Assembly: GCA_035637535.1 (NCBI GenBank)
Contig: DASPWZ010000049.1
Coordinates: 42,539 to 106,538 of the forward strand
Direction of reading: 5' to 3'
Origin: Candidatus Dormiibacterota bacterium
GTDB lineage: Archaea; Thermoproteota; Bathyarchaeia; 40CM-2-53-6
Length of the DNA stretch: 64,000 nucleotides
Part shown: positions 46,053 to 55,488 of the stretch, in pieces
Layout of the letters: each line of letters begins with the position of its first letter
How positions within the stretch are numbered: the stretch's first letter is position 1
Program-made: the position numbers and the translations under genes
Notes under the pieces: model-generated
The model's database searches: none
Seen by the model: only the letters and a program-made list of their open reading frames with translations
What the model was told of the DNA's origin: nothing

Positions 46053-48287
46053 TCACCTTAGGGTTGCGGTTAATGATTTGACATCGTAGCCGAAGGGTTG
46101 CAAGAGGTTCGATGTTGACGAAACGAGTAGGTCAACGTATCTTTCAGGATCGTAGACGGTATCGTCGTCCGCCAGTTCTGGGGGCAAGGCTTGACCTTCA
46201 GGAATTGTTGACATATTAATCGTCAGAACGTAACTTACCTGCTGTCCTGCGTGAACTGTTCCTCCTTCGTCGATAAGATACTGGGCTGCGATCGCTTGGG
46301 GTACGCGGTGAGTATACTCGTTAGGCATCTTGCTCAAATTCTTCGTAATTATCAGCTCGTCGATAGGAACCGTGCCGCTTCGCAGTTTTGAAGCATATTC
46401 TCTGAGTGTGTTGAGAACTTGAGGAATAAGTGCTTGGAACTCCCGTGAATTATCTGCTTCCTTTAGGATTGCCAACATTTGTGTCTGGCATTTCTCAACT
46501 ATCTTGGGAGTGTCGTGGCGTCGGACATCGATACCCCGAACCTTGAGGGTCCGGTCTTGGTCTTGAAAGGTGCCATAGTACCGGTTGAGGACTGGCGCCT
46601 GCGGGTCTGTTTTGGAATTGAGGAAAACTATCCACCTGTATTGGCCCTCAAAACTAAGGGGGAGTTTCAGATCCTCTCTGATCACTGCACATAGTTCTTC
46701 ATAATCAGCCGCTGTCGCATCAGCTTTTGTAAGCCACATAGAGTCAACGATTCCATGCACGAGTTTGAAGCCTCTAGCTTGGGCTATTGCCACAGCACGG
46801 TGGAGGAAGATTCGTGAGAAGGCGCATGTCGCTATGTGCGCGTCTATCTTTCCGAACCGGGCGTTCTTAAATCCAAGATAGCCGAATGAACAGACCAGAA
46901 TCCACTTTAGTGCTGACTGACGTGCATCATACTTCTGCCTCTTCAGCTCATCTTTTTCGTCTTTCTTGAGTTGCTTGTACTTCGATCTTCTATCGAGGAG
47001 AATCTCAAGAGATTGTGGGACGATGCCTCGCCATCGGTCGCAGATATTGTAGTCTAGCTCTGGAACCCGACGGGGCGAGTTGGGGCAGCATTTGCATTTG
47101 ACGGTTTCTCCGCTTAGGTTCTGGTCCATCATTATAGTTGGGTAGAGGCTGGTGAAGTCCAGTTCTCCCACTTGATCATAGATCCCGGTCTCGGGTTCGT
47201 GGATGAAGCCTCCTCTGTCGGCGATGACTAGTTCGTTACTATCTTTCCATTCTTCGGGCTGGTTCTTGTTCCATGGGATTAGCACGTTTTCTTTGACCGC
47301 ATGGTAGAATTGTAGACTAGTCATGTTGGTGCCTATGGTCGCCCGGCTGGCTCGCTGAATCGGAATAATACACGTCCGAGCGATTTCGAATAGTCCTTCG
47401 AGTCCACAGTCAGCGCTGATGAAGGCGTTGTGGTCGTCAATATGCAGTCGACCTAGTAGGCGAGCGGCGGTCTCTCTGTACAGAATTTTTCCGTAGGAGA
47501 AATAGGAGTGGCCTTGAACCTCGTAGATTCTTAGTGGTGAGGGGTCTCTGCCGAGAACTAGTCTGTTGAGCATCCCGTTTTTGTGGGCGCGTCTCGCTAA
47601 GTACGGGAAGATGAACGAGTCTCCACCTTCTGTAATGACAATGTCCGGATCTATTCCGTTGAAGGTTTCAACGAGGCTGAGGAGTTTCTCCTCTTCACTG
47701 CCTGAATCGAGAACGAGTATCTCTTCCCGATCGGTTATTATTCTAAGGGAGTCTAGCTCGTCCTCGAAGGTTCGAATTCTCTTTTTCTTTCGGGTCTTAA
47801 TTTCTAGTCTGGTCTTTCGAAGCGGGGGTAGTTTGTAGTCTATTGTTTTTCTGGAATCTTTCAGGGTCCATTCAATTTTCTCGTCCCTTTCCTCTGCCTC
47901 GACGAAGGCTAGCGGGAACAGGTCTTTCTGGTAGAGGTAGACTTGGGGAGAGGGAACGTCTACATCGTAGAGGCGGAAATTGGAATAGCTGCTTTCCCGC
48001 TGTATCCTCCGCGCAAGCCTTGTAGCCTCCTCATCATTCTCTACTACGACCTCAAGGACTCGGGATTTTTCTATGTCGCCAGCCCTTTCAAATTTGTCGA
48101 CAAAAATCGAGTTTTCAACGTAGGATTTGCACGCGAGATCAACTAGCTTTCGGTAGTCGCCTCCCACGTGTATTCTCGGCTTCCATCTGTCTGTGAGCCT
48201 TACGCACTTTCCGTCGGGTTTTTTCAGCCATACTACCATCTGGCCTGGTTTCTGGTAGAGGTCGAGAATCCAGCCTAGATGCTTCAC
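46053..48287 (-). CDS. polB2: Family B DNA polymerase, PolB2 (Dpo2) group
   Basis: Motif A LDFTSLYP, motif B QSALKWILVCSFGYLG, altered motif C HGIVDS, KVRGID.RRHD; exonuclease motifs degenerate. Confidence 0.9.
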   Translation of the reverse strand: MKHLGWILDLYQKPGQMVVWLKKPDGKCVRLTDRWKPRIHVGGDYRKLVDLACKSYVENSIFVDKFERAGDIEKSRVLEVVVENDEEATRLARRIQRESSYSNFRLYDVDVPSPQVYLYQKDLFPLAFVEAEERDEKIEWTLKDSRKTIDYKLPPLRKTRLEIKTRKKKRIRTFEDELDSLRIITDREEILVLDSGSEEEKLLSLVETFNGIDPDIVITEGGDSFIFPYLARRAHKNGMLNRLVLGRDPSPLRIYEVQGHSYFSYGKILYRETAARLLGRLHIDDHNAFISADCGLEGLFEIARTCIIPIQRASRATIGTNMTSLQFYHAVKENVLIPWNKNQPEEWKDSNELVIADRGGFIHEPETGIYDQVGELDFTSLYPTIMMDQNLSGETVKCKCCPNSPRRVPELDYNICDRWRGIVPQSLEILLDRRSKYKQLKKDEKDELKRQKYDARQSALKWILVCSFGYLGFKNARFGKIDAHIATCAFSRIFLHRAVAIAQARGFKLVHGIVDSMWLTKADATAADYEELCAVIREDLKLPLSFEGQYRWIVFLNSKTDPQAPVLNRYYGTFQDQDRTLKVRGIDVRRHDTPKIVEKCQTQMLAILKEADNSREFQALIPQVLNTLREYASKLRSGTVPIDELIITKNLSKMPNEYTHRVPQAIAAQYLIDEGGTVHAGQQVSYVLTINMSTIPEGQALPPELADDDTVYDPERYVDLLVSSTSNLLQPFGYDVKSLTATLR

Positions 48288-48348
48288 GAAGAATCAAGAT
48301 GCGCTTCTCTATTCTGGGACTAATTCGGAAGAGCGGGACGAAGAGCGA

Positions 48349-48379
48349 ATGTGAAACAGATGTGAAACTGTAGGAAAGT
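48349..48379 (-). promoter_or_regulatory. Three phased (10-11 bp) ANTTTC-like boxes upstream of polB2
   Basis: Minus strand ACTTTC-ctac-AGTTTCACAT-c-TGTTTCACAT. Confidence 0.45.
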
Positions 48380-48390
48380 AAACGGAGGGG

Positions 48391-49389
48391 CTACTGATAA
48401 CCAAGTAGCGTTTTGTCCAGCGTAATAACCTCGTCTTCCTTCTGAGGGGTGAAGGGGTGACGGGCTATGATGAGCTGTGTATAGGCTCCTCTGTCCTTCA
48501 GTCTCGCAGAAACATGGGCAGTATGCATCAAAGCGTCTGTCATGGTCTTGTTTCTTGCCTTCTGATTCGTGGCTATAATTATCATGTTTCTCTGCTCAGC
48601 CGTTTTTCCCAGAAATTGTACGCTTTGGCGGAAGATGTCCAGTGCTTCTTGCTTTTCTCGTACGTCAGGATCGCAGAAGAGGGCCGTGATGTCAGAGACG
48701 ACAGCGAGTCTAGCTCCATACTCATCTAATGCTGCGGTTAGTTTTTCCACAATGAGGCTGTGAACTTGGTGATGCGTGAAGGCTCTGCTTAGATGAATAC
48801 GTTGCTGCACTCGGCCAGATTCCAGTCCGAGATTGACGATGTGCTGAGAGATGGTGTATGTGTCGAAGACGTTACCTGCATCTATGAAAACAACATCGCT
48901 ACCCAAGCCTTGGGAGAGTGTTGCTCGGACGCAGAGGAGGAGAGAAAGAGCATGCGATGGTTCACCCTCGAGGAAGACAAACTGGCCCGTTTTGAGAATC
49001 AATGCCTTGTCTAGAGACTCTATCCCGGTGGTTATGCCCGGTTGGAGGTCTCGGGGGAGGTTGCTTCCCCGACGTGTTTGGTATTCGATCTGGTCGTCTG
49101 GCTCTCTCAGGAGTTCTGGGTCTCTACATTTCAGGCTGGTGAGGAGGCGTCTTCCCGGAGGAAGAGGGGAGGCTCGGCAGCCTAAGACCCTGTCCAGTTC
49201 GAAGCCGCAGCTGGGACAGGTTCCGTCGAAGACTAGTTTGATTTTTCTAGGATTGACTTGTTGTTTTGATAGGACTAGGGCTTCGTCGCAGAGGATACAA
49301 TGGTACAGGTAGCCCTCGCTGCCTTTCTCTATCTGGTCTATCTGCCATGTCTTGGGTTGTAGAGAGTCGATGGTATGGCGTGTTTCCAT
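48391..49389 (-). CDS. Inactivated RadA-like protein (iRadA) with N-terminal Zn ribbon
   Basis: TTGIESLD, degenerate Walker A (EGEPSH), FIDAGNVFD, SRAFTHHQ; N-terminal CILC...CPSC. Confidence 0.8.
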   Translation of the reverse strand: METRHTIDSLQPKTWQIDQIEKGSEGYLYHCILCDEALVLSKQQVNPRKIKLVFDGTCPSCGFELDRVLGCRASPLPPGRRLLTSLKCRDPELLREPDDQIEYQTRRGSNLPRDLQPGITTGIESLDKALILKTGQFVFLEGEPSHALSLLLCVRATLSQGLGSDVVFIDAGNVFDTYTISQHIVNLGLESGRVQQRIHLSRAFTHHQVHSLIVEKLTAALDEYGARLAVVSDITALFCDPDVREKQEALDIFRQSVQFLGKTAEQRNMIIIATNQKARNKTMTDALMHTAHVSARLKDRGAYTQLIIARHPFTPQKEDEVITLDKTLLGYQ

Positions 49390-49409
49390 CGCAGACCCTT
49401 AGGGTTGTT

Positions 49410-50381
49410 CTATTCGTCGCGTCTGCTCTTTGGAGCGGCGTCTTCCACGCCTTTCGCGGTGATCTGGAAGTAGGTCTCAGACTCTGGCAAGTATGGTGAG
49501 TCGATGATTTTGGCAACTCGTAGCCCCTGGCTGGCTTTCTTCAGCATGACTCTATGTGTGGAGGCGTGAGCTAGAATGTTTCCGCCCGCGGGACGCATGG
49601 GGTCACCGAAAAACGCTTGAGGGTTAGCTTGAACTTGGTTTGTTATGACGACTGCTAGGTTAAGGGCTTGAGCTATTCGGAGGAGTTTGTGGAGGTGGCT
49701 GTTTAGGCGTTGTTGTCGTTCGCTTAGGGATTCGCGTCCGATGTATTCGCCTCTGAAGTGGGAGAGGATTGAGTCAACGACTAGGAGTTTGATGTTTTCT
49801 TCTTGGCAGATTTTGAATGCGTGGTCGACCGTGAGGATCTGGTGGTCACTGTTATAGACGCGGCTGTAGATGATGCCGTCGAGTATCTTGTCCGCGTCGA
49901 GTCCCATTGCCTGGGCCATCTGGTAGACTCTTTGGGCTGCGAATGTTCCTTCAGTGTCGATGAAGAGGGCTTTGCCTTCGAGGCCGCCGTCTTTGGTTGG
50001 TAGCTGGACGTTGACGCTGAGCTTCATACAAATCTGTGATTTGCCTGCTCCGAATTCTCCGACAAACTCTGTAATGGCCTGGGTTTCAAGCCCGTTTCCC
50101 AGCAGCTTGTCAAGATTAGTGGATGCAAAGCTGAGCCTCTGGAGGCTCAATCTCCTCTCATAGAGCTGTTTAGCGGTGACAAAGTCTGTCTGTATCGTTT
50201 CCCGAGCAGCTCGGGAGATTTTGAGGGCGACGCTGTTCTCTAGGCCTGCTTTTTCGACTAGCTCTCGTATTGGTGCGATGGCTAGGGATGCGATGGAGTC
50301 GTAGCCTGCATCGCGGAGCTTGCCGGCGGTTACTGGTCCAACGCCGTTAAGATCTTGAATATTCACTATCTCTTCAGCCAA
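49410..50381 (-). CDS. radA: DNA repair and recombination protein RadA
   Basis: HhH GVGP, FVTA polymerisation motif, GEFGAGKSQ, IDTEGTF, VDS, GGNILAH. Confidence 0.95.
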   Translation of the reverse strand: MAEEIVNIQDLNGVGPVTAGKLRDAGYDSIASLAIAPIRELVEKAGLENSVALKISRAARETIQTDFVTAKQLYERRLSLQRLSFASTNLDKLLGNGLETQAITEFVGEFGAGKSQICMKLSVNVQLPTKDGGLEGKALFIDTEGTFAAQRVYQMAQAMGLDADKILDGIIYSRVYNSDHQILTVDHAFKICQEENIKLLVVDSILSHFRGEYIGRESLSERQQRLNSHLHKLLRIAQALNLAVVITNQVQANPQAFFGDPMRPAGGNILAHASTHRVMLKKASQGLRVAKIIDSPYLPESETYFQITAKGVEDAAPKSRRDE

Positions 50382-50532
50382 AGACTATCGGAGCGAGGAT
50401 AGTCTGGTCATGGCTTATCTCCCAGAGTGAGGACCGTAAGTAACAAGATCTAGGCTAGGAATCTGTTCTGGTCGTGTTCAATTTGAGGCCTTTAGAGAGT
50501 AAATGCCCCTAGAGGAGTGAAAGTATTCGACC

Positions 50533-50874
50533 CTAATCGGGGCGTCTGGTTGAGGCTCTTAGATAGTATCCTACGGAACGGTCAGCCGTAATGTGACCTG
50601 CCCAGCCGAGAAGTGGCCATTGGATTGCTCCAGACGACATGCTCCAGATGGCAAAGACGGGAATCCAGACGAGAAGTGTGTGGAAGAAATTGTAGAGCCC
50701 AGGTCCCCAATGAGGCCATTCCTTGGCTCCGCGCATCGCGAGGCCGATAGGGATGAAAGACGCGAGGTCGGGAAAGGTCACCCAGAAAACCGTTTCCAAC
50801 AGGTTCAGATCTTTGACAACGAATAGCCGCCAGTAGAAGAGAACGATGAGTAGAATGATGGTAATCAGTAGCAT
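50533..50874 (-). CDS. Membrane protein, DUF4260 / metal-dependent hydrolase-like (start uncertain)
   Basis: PDL, LYNFFHT, WAGHITADRSVGYYLR. Confidence 0.7.
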   Translation of the reverse strand: MLLITIILLIVLFYWRLFVVKDLNLLETVFWVTFPDLASFIPIGLAMRGAKEWPHWGPGLYNFFHTLLVWIPVFAIWSMSSGAIQWPLLGWAGHITADRSVGYYLRASTRRPD

Positions 50875-51025
50875 TTCAAGTCGATAGGCGATGGAGTTTA
50901 GCCGGAGAAAGCCAGGGCCGGTTCGTGGAGGTTTAGCGTCCTCAGAGACCTCCTGACGGGAGGGTTTAGAGAGAGAATGTTCAGATATCCCCTGAGCCCT
51001 ACTAGGTATAGGGTGTAGTAAACTC

Positions 51026-51595
51026 ATGGCGCAGAAACCCGAGCAAGCCAGTATTTCAAAAGCTCTAGAGGTAGCCACGCTGGCGGCAGGGTGCTTCTGG
51101 TGTACGGAGGCTGTCTTCGACCAGTTGAAGGGTATTGTAAAAGTGGAATCAGGCTATTCGGGCGGGAACGTTCCCAATCCTTCGTATGAAGAGGTGTGCA
51201 CAGGGGACACGGGACACGCTGAATCGATCGAGATAACGTTCGACCCTAGCATCATATCGTTCAAGGATCTTCTACAGATATTCTTCACAACCCACGACCC
51301 TACAACATACAACCGCCAGGGAGGCGATGTGGGAACCCAGTACCGCTCGGCTGTATTTTATCACAACCCAGAACAAGAAAAGATTGCCCGTCAGGTTATC
51401 CAGGAGTTCAACGAGTCGAAAGTCTGGAAGAAACCGATCGTCACCGAGGTAGTATCTTATCGCGACTTCTACAAAGCGGAGGATTATCACCAGGATTATT
51501 ACGCCAAGAATTCCCGACAACCCTATTGCAGGGTAGTGATCGAGCCGAAAATTGCGAAGCTGCGAGAGCACTACCGCGAGAAACTGAAGCAATAA
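51026..51595 (+). CDS. msrA: Peptide methionine (S)-sulfoxide reductase
   Basis: GCFWC, TGHAE, HDPT, QYRS, AEDYHQDY. Confidence 0.97.
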   Translation: MAQKPEQASISKALEVATLAAGCFWCTEAVFDQLKGIVKVESGYSGGNVPNPSYEEVCTGDTGHAESIEITFDPSIISFKDLLQIFFTTHDPTTYNRQGGDVGTQYRSAVFYHNPEQEKIARQVIQEFNESKVWKKPIVTEVVSYRDFYKAEDYHQDYYAKNSRQPYCRVVIEPKIAKLREHYREKLKQ

Positions 51596-51714
51596 TCGTC
51601 CGTTGCGGAAACTTGCGCTATTCGAGTCCAACCCAGTCTGCCAGCTCCTGCTATATTCAGTCTGCAGGCGCAACATGTTTGATATTGTAAGAGTGGAAGG
51701 AGTGGTCCCGCATC

Positions 51715-51969
51715 ATGTCCGAAACTCTTGAACGACAGGAGCGTTGGAAGCAGCAGAAGGAGGAGGCTGACCGTCAACGAATGGGGGGCGCCTACATCCA
51801 AGGTTTCATTGAAACAGCCGCGGCGCTTGTCGGCGAGGAGCCCTTGTTCAGTAAGGGTTACTGGAAATGTGCGAGTGGATGCAAACCCTTTGGCTTTGGA
51901 CTTGCAAGGACCCCGAGAGAGTGTCCCAGCTGCCACAAGCAGCTGATACTCTGGGTCCCAGGACCATAG
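51715..51969 (+). CDS. Small Zn-ribbon protein
   Basis: WKCASGC...ECPSC; AGGAG upstream. Confidence 0.6.
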   Translation: MSETLERQERWKQQKEEADRQRMGGAYIQGFIETAAALVGEEPLFSKGYWKCASGCKPFGFGLARTPRECPSCHKQLILWVPGP

Positions 51970-52029
51970 AGTATCGCGTCGGTTCAAGGTAGAAATAGTC
52001 GTTTTCAGACCCGCATCCTTCGAACGGGA

Positions 52030-52977
52030 TTGACGCTCGAGACTAGACGCCTTGGCAAGAGCGATCTTAAGATTACCAAAGTCGGAGTAGGAACTGCTCC
52101 GATAGGCTCAACCCCGGAGTGGAGAGTCTGGTGGGGACCCCAAGACGAAAAATCGGCCATTCGAGCGATCCAGACCGCCTTGGATGAGGGAGTGAACTGG
52201 ATCGATACCGCTCCATTCTATGGATGGGGAAAGGCGGAGGAGATCGTAGGCAAGGCGATCAAAGGTCGAAGAGGCGATGTCTATGTCTTTACGAAATGCG
52301 GGACGTTGCCCGATGGCAAAGGTGGTTCCATTGAGAATCATAAGCCAGAGACCATCAAGAGAGAGGTCGAAGCGAGTCTAAAACGTCTTCAGACCGACCA
52401 CATTGACCTTTTACAGTTTCACGATATGGACGCGACAACTCCGATCGAGGAGTCCTGGAAGGTGCTCCAGGATCTTATTGGTCAGGGAAAGGTCAGGAAC
52501 GGTGGATTATCAAACCATACCGTAGATCTCATCGGGAGGGCTGAGCGAATAGGCCCCGTCACGGCTAATCAGGTTCAGTATAACCCCCTCCAGAGAAAGA
52601 TCGAGAAGGACATCCTGCCTTTTTCACTGAGCCATCAGGTGGGCGTCCTCGGCTGGGGGTCCTTAGCTGAGGGCTTTCTCGCCGACAACTTCAGTTTAGC
52701 ATCCCTGGACCCGAAGGATTTCCGCAGAAACCACTGGTACGGCCAACCAGAGAACCAGGCCAAACTGGAGAGGGTCAGAGGAGCCTTGTCAAAGATAGCT
52801 CGAGCTCATGGCAAGAAAATGGTGGATGTTGTCATCGCATGGGAGTTGATGCACCCTGCTCTAACGGGAGCAATCATCGGAATACGTAACGAGAAGGAGG
52901 CTCGAGAAATGAAGGATGGAACGGAACTCATTCTCTCAGGTGACGAGATGCAAGAGATCGAGCGAGCGACAGCATAA
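52030..52977 (+). CDS. Aldo/keto reductase
   Basis: WIDTAPFYG, TKCG, SLKRLQTDHIDL, GLSN. Confidence 0.95.
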   Translation: MTLETRRLGKSDLKITKVGVGTAPIGSTPEWRVWWGPQDEKSAIRAIQTALDEGVNWIDTAPFYGWGKAEEIVGKAIKGRRGDVYVFTKCGTLPDGKGGSIENHKPETIKREVEASLKRLQTDHIDLLQFHDMDATTPIEESWKVLQDLIGQGKVRNGGLSNHTVDLIGRAERIGPVTANQVQYNPLQRKIEKDILPFSLSHQVGVLGWGSLAEGFLADNFSLASLDPKDFRRNHWYGQPENQAKLERVRGALSKIARAHGKKMVDVVIAWELMHPALTGAIIGIRNEKEAREMKDGTELILSGDEMQEIERATA

Positions 52978-52994
52978 AGGCTCAGCGAATAGAA

Positions 52995-53867
52995 TTGGCA
53001 GGGCCGTTCGCGACCGGAACCACGCTAGGCACAACGATAGCTCGCCCGATACCGGAAAAGACAAGTTTCAACCGATGGGTAATCGCTATCGTAATCCTTG
53101 TTATAGTGGTTGTTGGCGTTTTGTTCACACTCATCTATCAATCGTCTGCAATCGTTTCTACCAAGAACTTTAGCTACAGCACGGTCGCCGACCAGTCAAG
53201 CAACTACACACTCGAAGTCACAAACATCAACGGTGCGGTGACACTCGCACCGTGGGGACAAACCAGCTTCCTGATCAATGGCACCGTAACGGCGAAGGGT
53301 CTGGGATCGTCCCCCGCACAGGTAAATCTTGTCAACTCAAGCATGAATGGTAACATCATATTCCAGGCCCAATTTCCCAACAATGCTTTCTTTCTAGTCT
53401 CGCAAACATATTCTGTCAAAATCGACGTGTTCATACCACTTTCAGTGCACATTAGCAAGATCGTCGTAGACAACGTAAATGGACGGGTTCAAGCAACCGG
53501 TCTCAATGTCACCGGCGCAAGCATCTCCTCATCCAACGGCGACATAGACTTCAGCTGCTCAATTTGTGCAAGCGGCGGCTTTTCAGCGCAGACCACCAAC
53601 GGTAACATCGTAGGCACTTTTACGACACCGATCATGGCAGGGAACTATACAATGTCGTCTCAAAACGGCAACGTGCAAATGGCCGTTCCATCATCATCCT
53701 CATTCAAGTTGACCGCATCTCTCGTCAACGGAAGTATTCAGACAGAGAATCTTGTACTGAGTAATCAGACAAAGACCAGTACCCAGGTTACGGCCACAGT
53801 CGGAACCGGAGCAGCCGACGTAAAACTGCTAACAGTAAACGGTCAGATTACGATCATAGGAGCCTAG
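52995..53867 (+). CDS. Membrane-anchored DUF4097 beta-strand-repeat (adhesin-like) protein
   Basis: N-terminal TM and repeated xNGx(I/V) motifs. Confidence 0.8.
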   Translation: MAGPFATGTTLGTTIARPIPEKTSFNRWVIAIVILVIVVVGVLFTLIYQSSAIVSTKNFSYSTVADQSSNYTLEVTNINGAVTLAPWGQTSFLINGTVTAKGLGSSPAQVNLVNSSMNGNIIFQAQFPNNAFFLVSQTYSVKIDVFIPLSVHISKIVVDNVNGRVQATGLNVTGASISSSNGDIDFSCSICASGGFSAQTTNGNIVGTFTTPIMAGNYTMSSQNGNVQMAVPSSSSFKLTASLVNGSIQTENLVLSNQTKTSTQVTATVGTGAADVKLLTVNGQITIIGA

Positions 53868-54003
53868 CGACCAAAAGAGCCTGCATGGTTCTCCACCGTT
53901 CGTGTTGCGAGGAGTGGCTCGTTCGTCAACTTCGGTTACTATCAGGTTTTCTACATCGGACCCCTTTTTCCGAGTCCGAGTATCATTCCACAGTGACTGC
54001 TGA

Positions 54004-54186
54004 TTGGGGTCCACTCTTGCGGCTTTCACGTCCGCGTTCCCAGCAGTAGCTTTACTTTTCGGATTCCTTCTCGTCCTCGTCGGAACAACTGATGGAACCC
54101 GAGAGTTGATTCAAGGCGGCTGGGGATTCATAACGGTAGGAATAATCGTGGAATTCGTCCTGCCGATTTCTAGACGGTTGAGATAG
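54004..54186 (+). CDS. Small 2-TM membrane protein
   Basis: 60-aa hydrophobic hairpin with basic tail. Confidence 0.5.
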   Translation: MGSTLAAFTSAFPAVALLFGFLLVLVGTTDGTRELIQGGWGFITVGIIVEFVLPISRRLR

Positions 54187-54206
54187 CGGACGATGAGGAT
54201 TAAGTT

Positions 54207-54950
54207 ATGAAAGCATTCATCGCGAGCTTCGTCAAAGGGCAGGTATTGCTTCTCGCTCTCCAGCCGATCCTTTTGCTGCTCATCATCTTCAACAAAGTCT
54301 CCCTCTACTACTGCGCTCCCGTCATCGTCTCCTTAGCAGTCCTATGGGGCTGGTTCGATTACTCAGGCAAAGTCCAGCGCAGAGGTGCTTCTGTTCTGAA
54401 GAAGCTAGAGCGTCTAGTCGACGATTTCGGTTGGTTGAACTTCCAGGAGGGAGGCGGAGCTGGCAACGAAATGGTTGTCTCCCTACTAGACAAGGCGAGC
54501 TTCGGGTCAAGCACTTTGACCACACCGCAACTCGCTACAGCGACGACTGAGAAGATCAAAGAAGTCTACTTCACGCTTGAGCTCTGGTACTTCTCAATGC
54601 GCCAGAAAGTCCGATTGCTCCTTCGAAAGGCAGCGTCGATGATCGAGTACGATTTGCTCGAGGTCGTTAACGAGTTCATCGAGTTCTACGGTGAGTTTGT
54701 CGAAAAGGTGGCGGAGGAAACTCTTCGACTGGTTGCAAAAGGAGATCTGACTAGCCTAGAGAGCGAACGAGAGGGCTTCTCGACTTTCAAAACACGTTTG
54801 TCGGAGCTAAGGGGTCGAGCTAACGCATTTCTCCAGAGCCTACGTGACGACGGTCTTCCCGTTTCTGAGACGAAGGTTAGAGCTTTAGAAGTGGATCCTT
54901 GGTTCAAAACGGGAACCGAGATTTCGGAAACTAAACGGTCGCCACAGTGA
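54207..54950 (+). CDS. Hypothetical protein, 2 TM plus helical domain
   Basis: 247-aa ORF with GAGGA upstream. Confidence 0.7.
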   Translation: MKAFIASFVKGQVLLLALQPILLLLIIFNKVSLYYCAPVIVSLAVLWGWFDYSGKVQRRGASVLKKLERLVDDFGWLNFQEGGGAGNEMVVSLLDKASFGSSTLTTPQLATATTEKIKEVYFTLELWYFSMRQKVRLLLRKAASMIEYDLLEVVNEFIEFYGEFVEKVAEETLRLVAKGDLTSLESEREGFSTFKTRLSELRGRANAFLQSLRDDGLPVSETKVRALEVDPWFKTGTEISETKRSPQ

Positions 54951-54961
54951 TGGCATAAGTT

Positions 54962-55366
54962 CTAGAAATCATGTTTATCCAGCTCTCCAAGAACCTGGTC
55001 AGGCGTCTCCCTCGCCACCTCGACGATTGTCGTTCGTGTAGCGTGGTTGGGAAGTAGGTCAGAACTCTGCGCCAAGGAAGAGGGCCGGCCGAGTGTCGCA
55101 GTTGTTCTTTCAGCGATACTCGCCTCGTTCTTCACCCGCTGAATCAGCAGTATTGTGCCGCCGAGAGCCATCCCGATCAGAAGAGCGTCAACTTGTCCAG
55201 TCAACAGCAGACCCAATTGGGGAAAGTTGCCGTCTACCCAGATTCGAAAGTAGATGTTGGAGAGATACTCGTTGCTGAACCCCGCCAGTAAGGTGGCGAT
55301 GACTATGAACTGCGCCATGATTATGCCGTAGAGCAGTTTTACGAATCTTTCAGGATATCCTGGCAT
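54962..55366 (-). CDS. Hypothetical 2-TM protein homologous to the C-terminal tail of MFS 17206..19134
   Basis: QF..I..L.A..S.EY.SN.Y.R.W motif shared, 22/55 identities ungapped. Confidence 0.75.
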   Translation of the reverse strand: MPGYPERFVKLLYGIIMAQFIVIATLLAGFSNEYLSNIYFRIWVDGNFPQLGLLLTGQVDALLIGMALGGTILLIQRVKNEASIAERTTATLGRPSSLAQSSDLLPNHATRTTIVEVARETPDQVLGELDKHDF

Positions 55367-55488
55367 AACTAGGGCTTGCGAAGAATACTGTCAATCTCTC
55401 TCATTAACAGTGCGGCTTGTGTATGACAAACGCGTGGACGGTCGCGTGCAAAGAGTTTAACATCGGCGTCGGAAGAATCGACACTATC

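Noticed and set aside
46053..48287. PolB as a casposon or viral polymerase
   Set aside because: No cas1, terminal repeats or capsid genes; motifs and iRadA linkage indicate cellular PolB2
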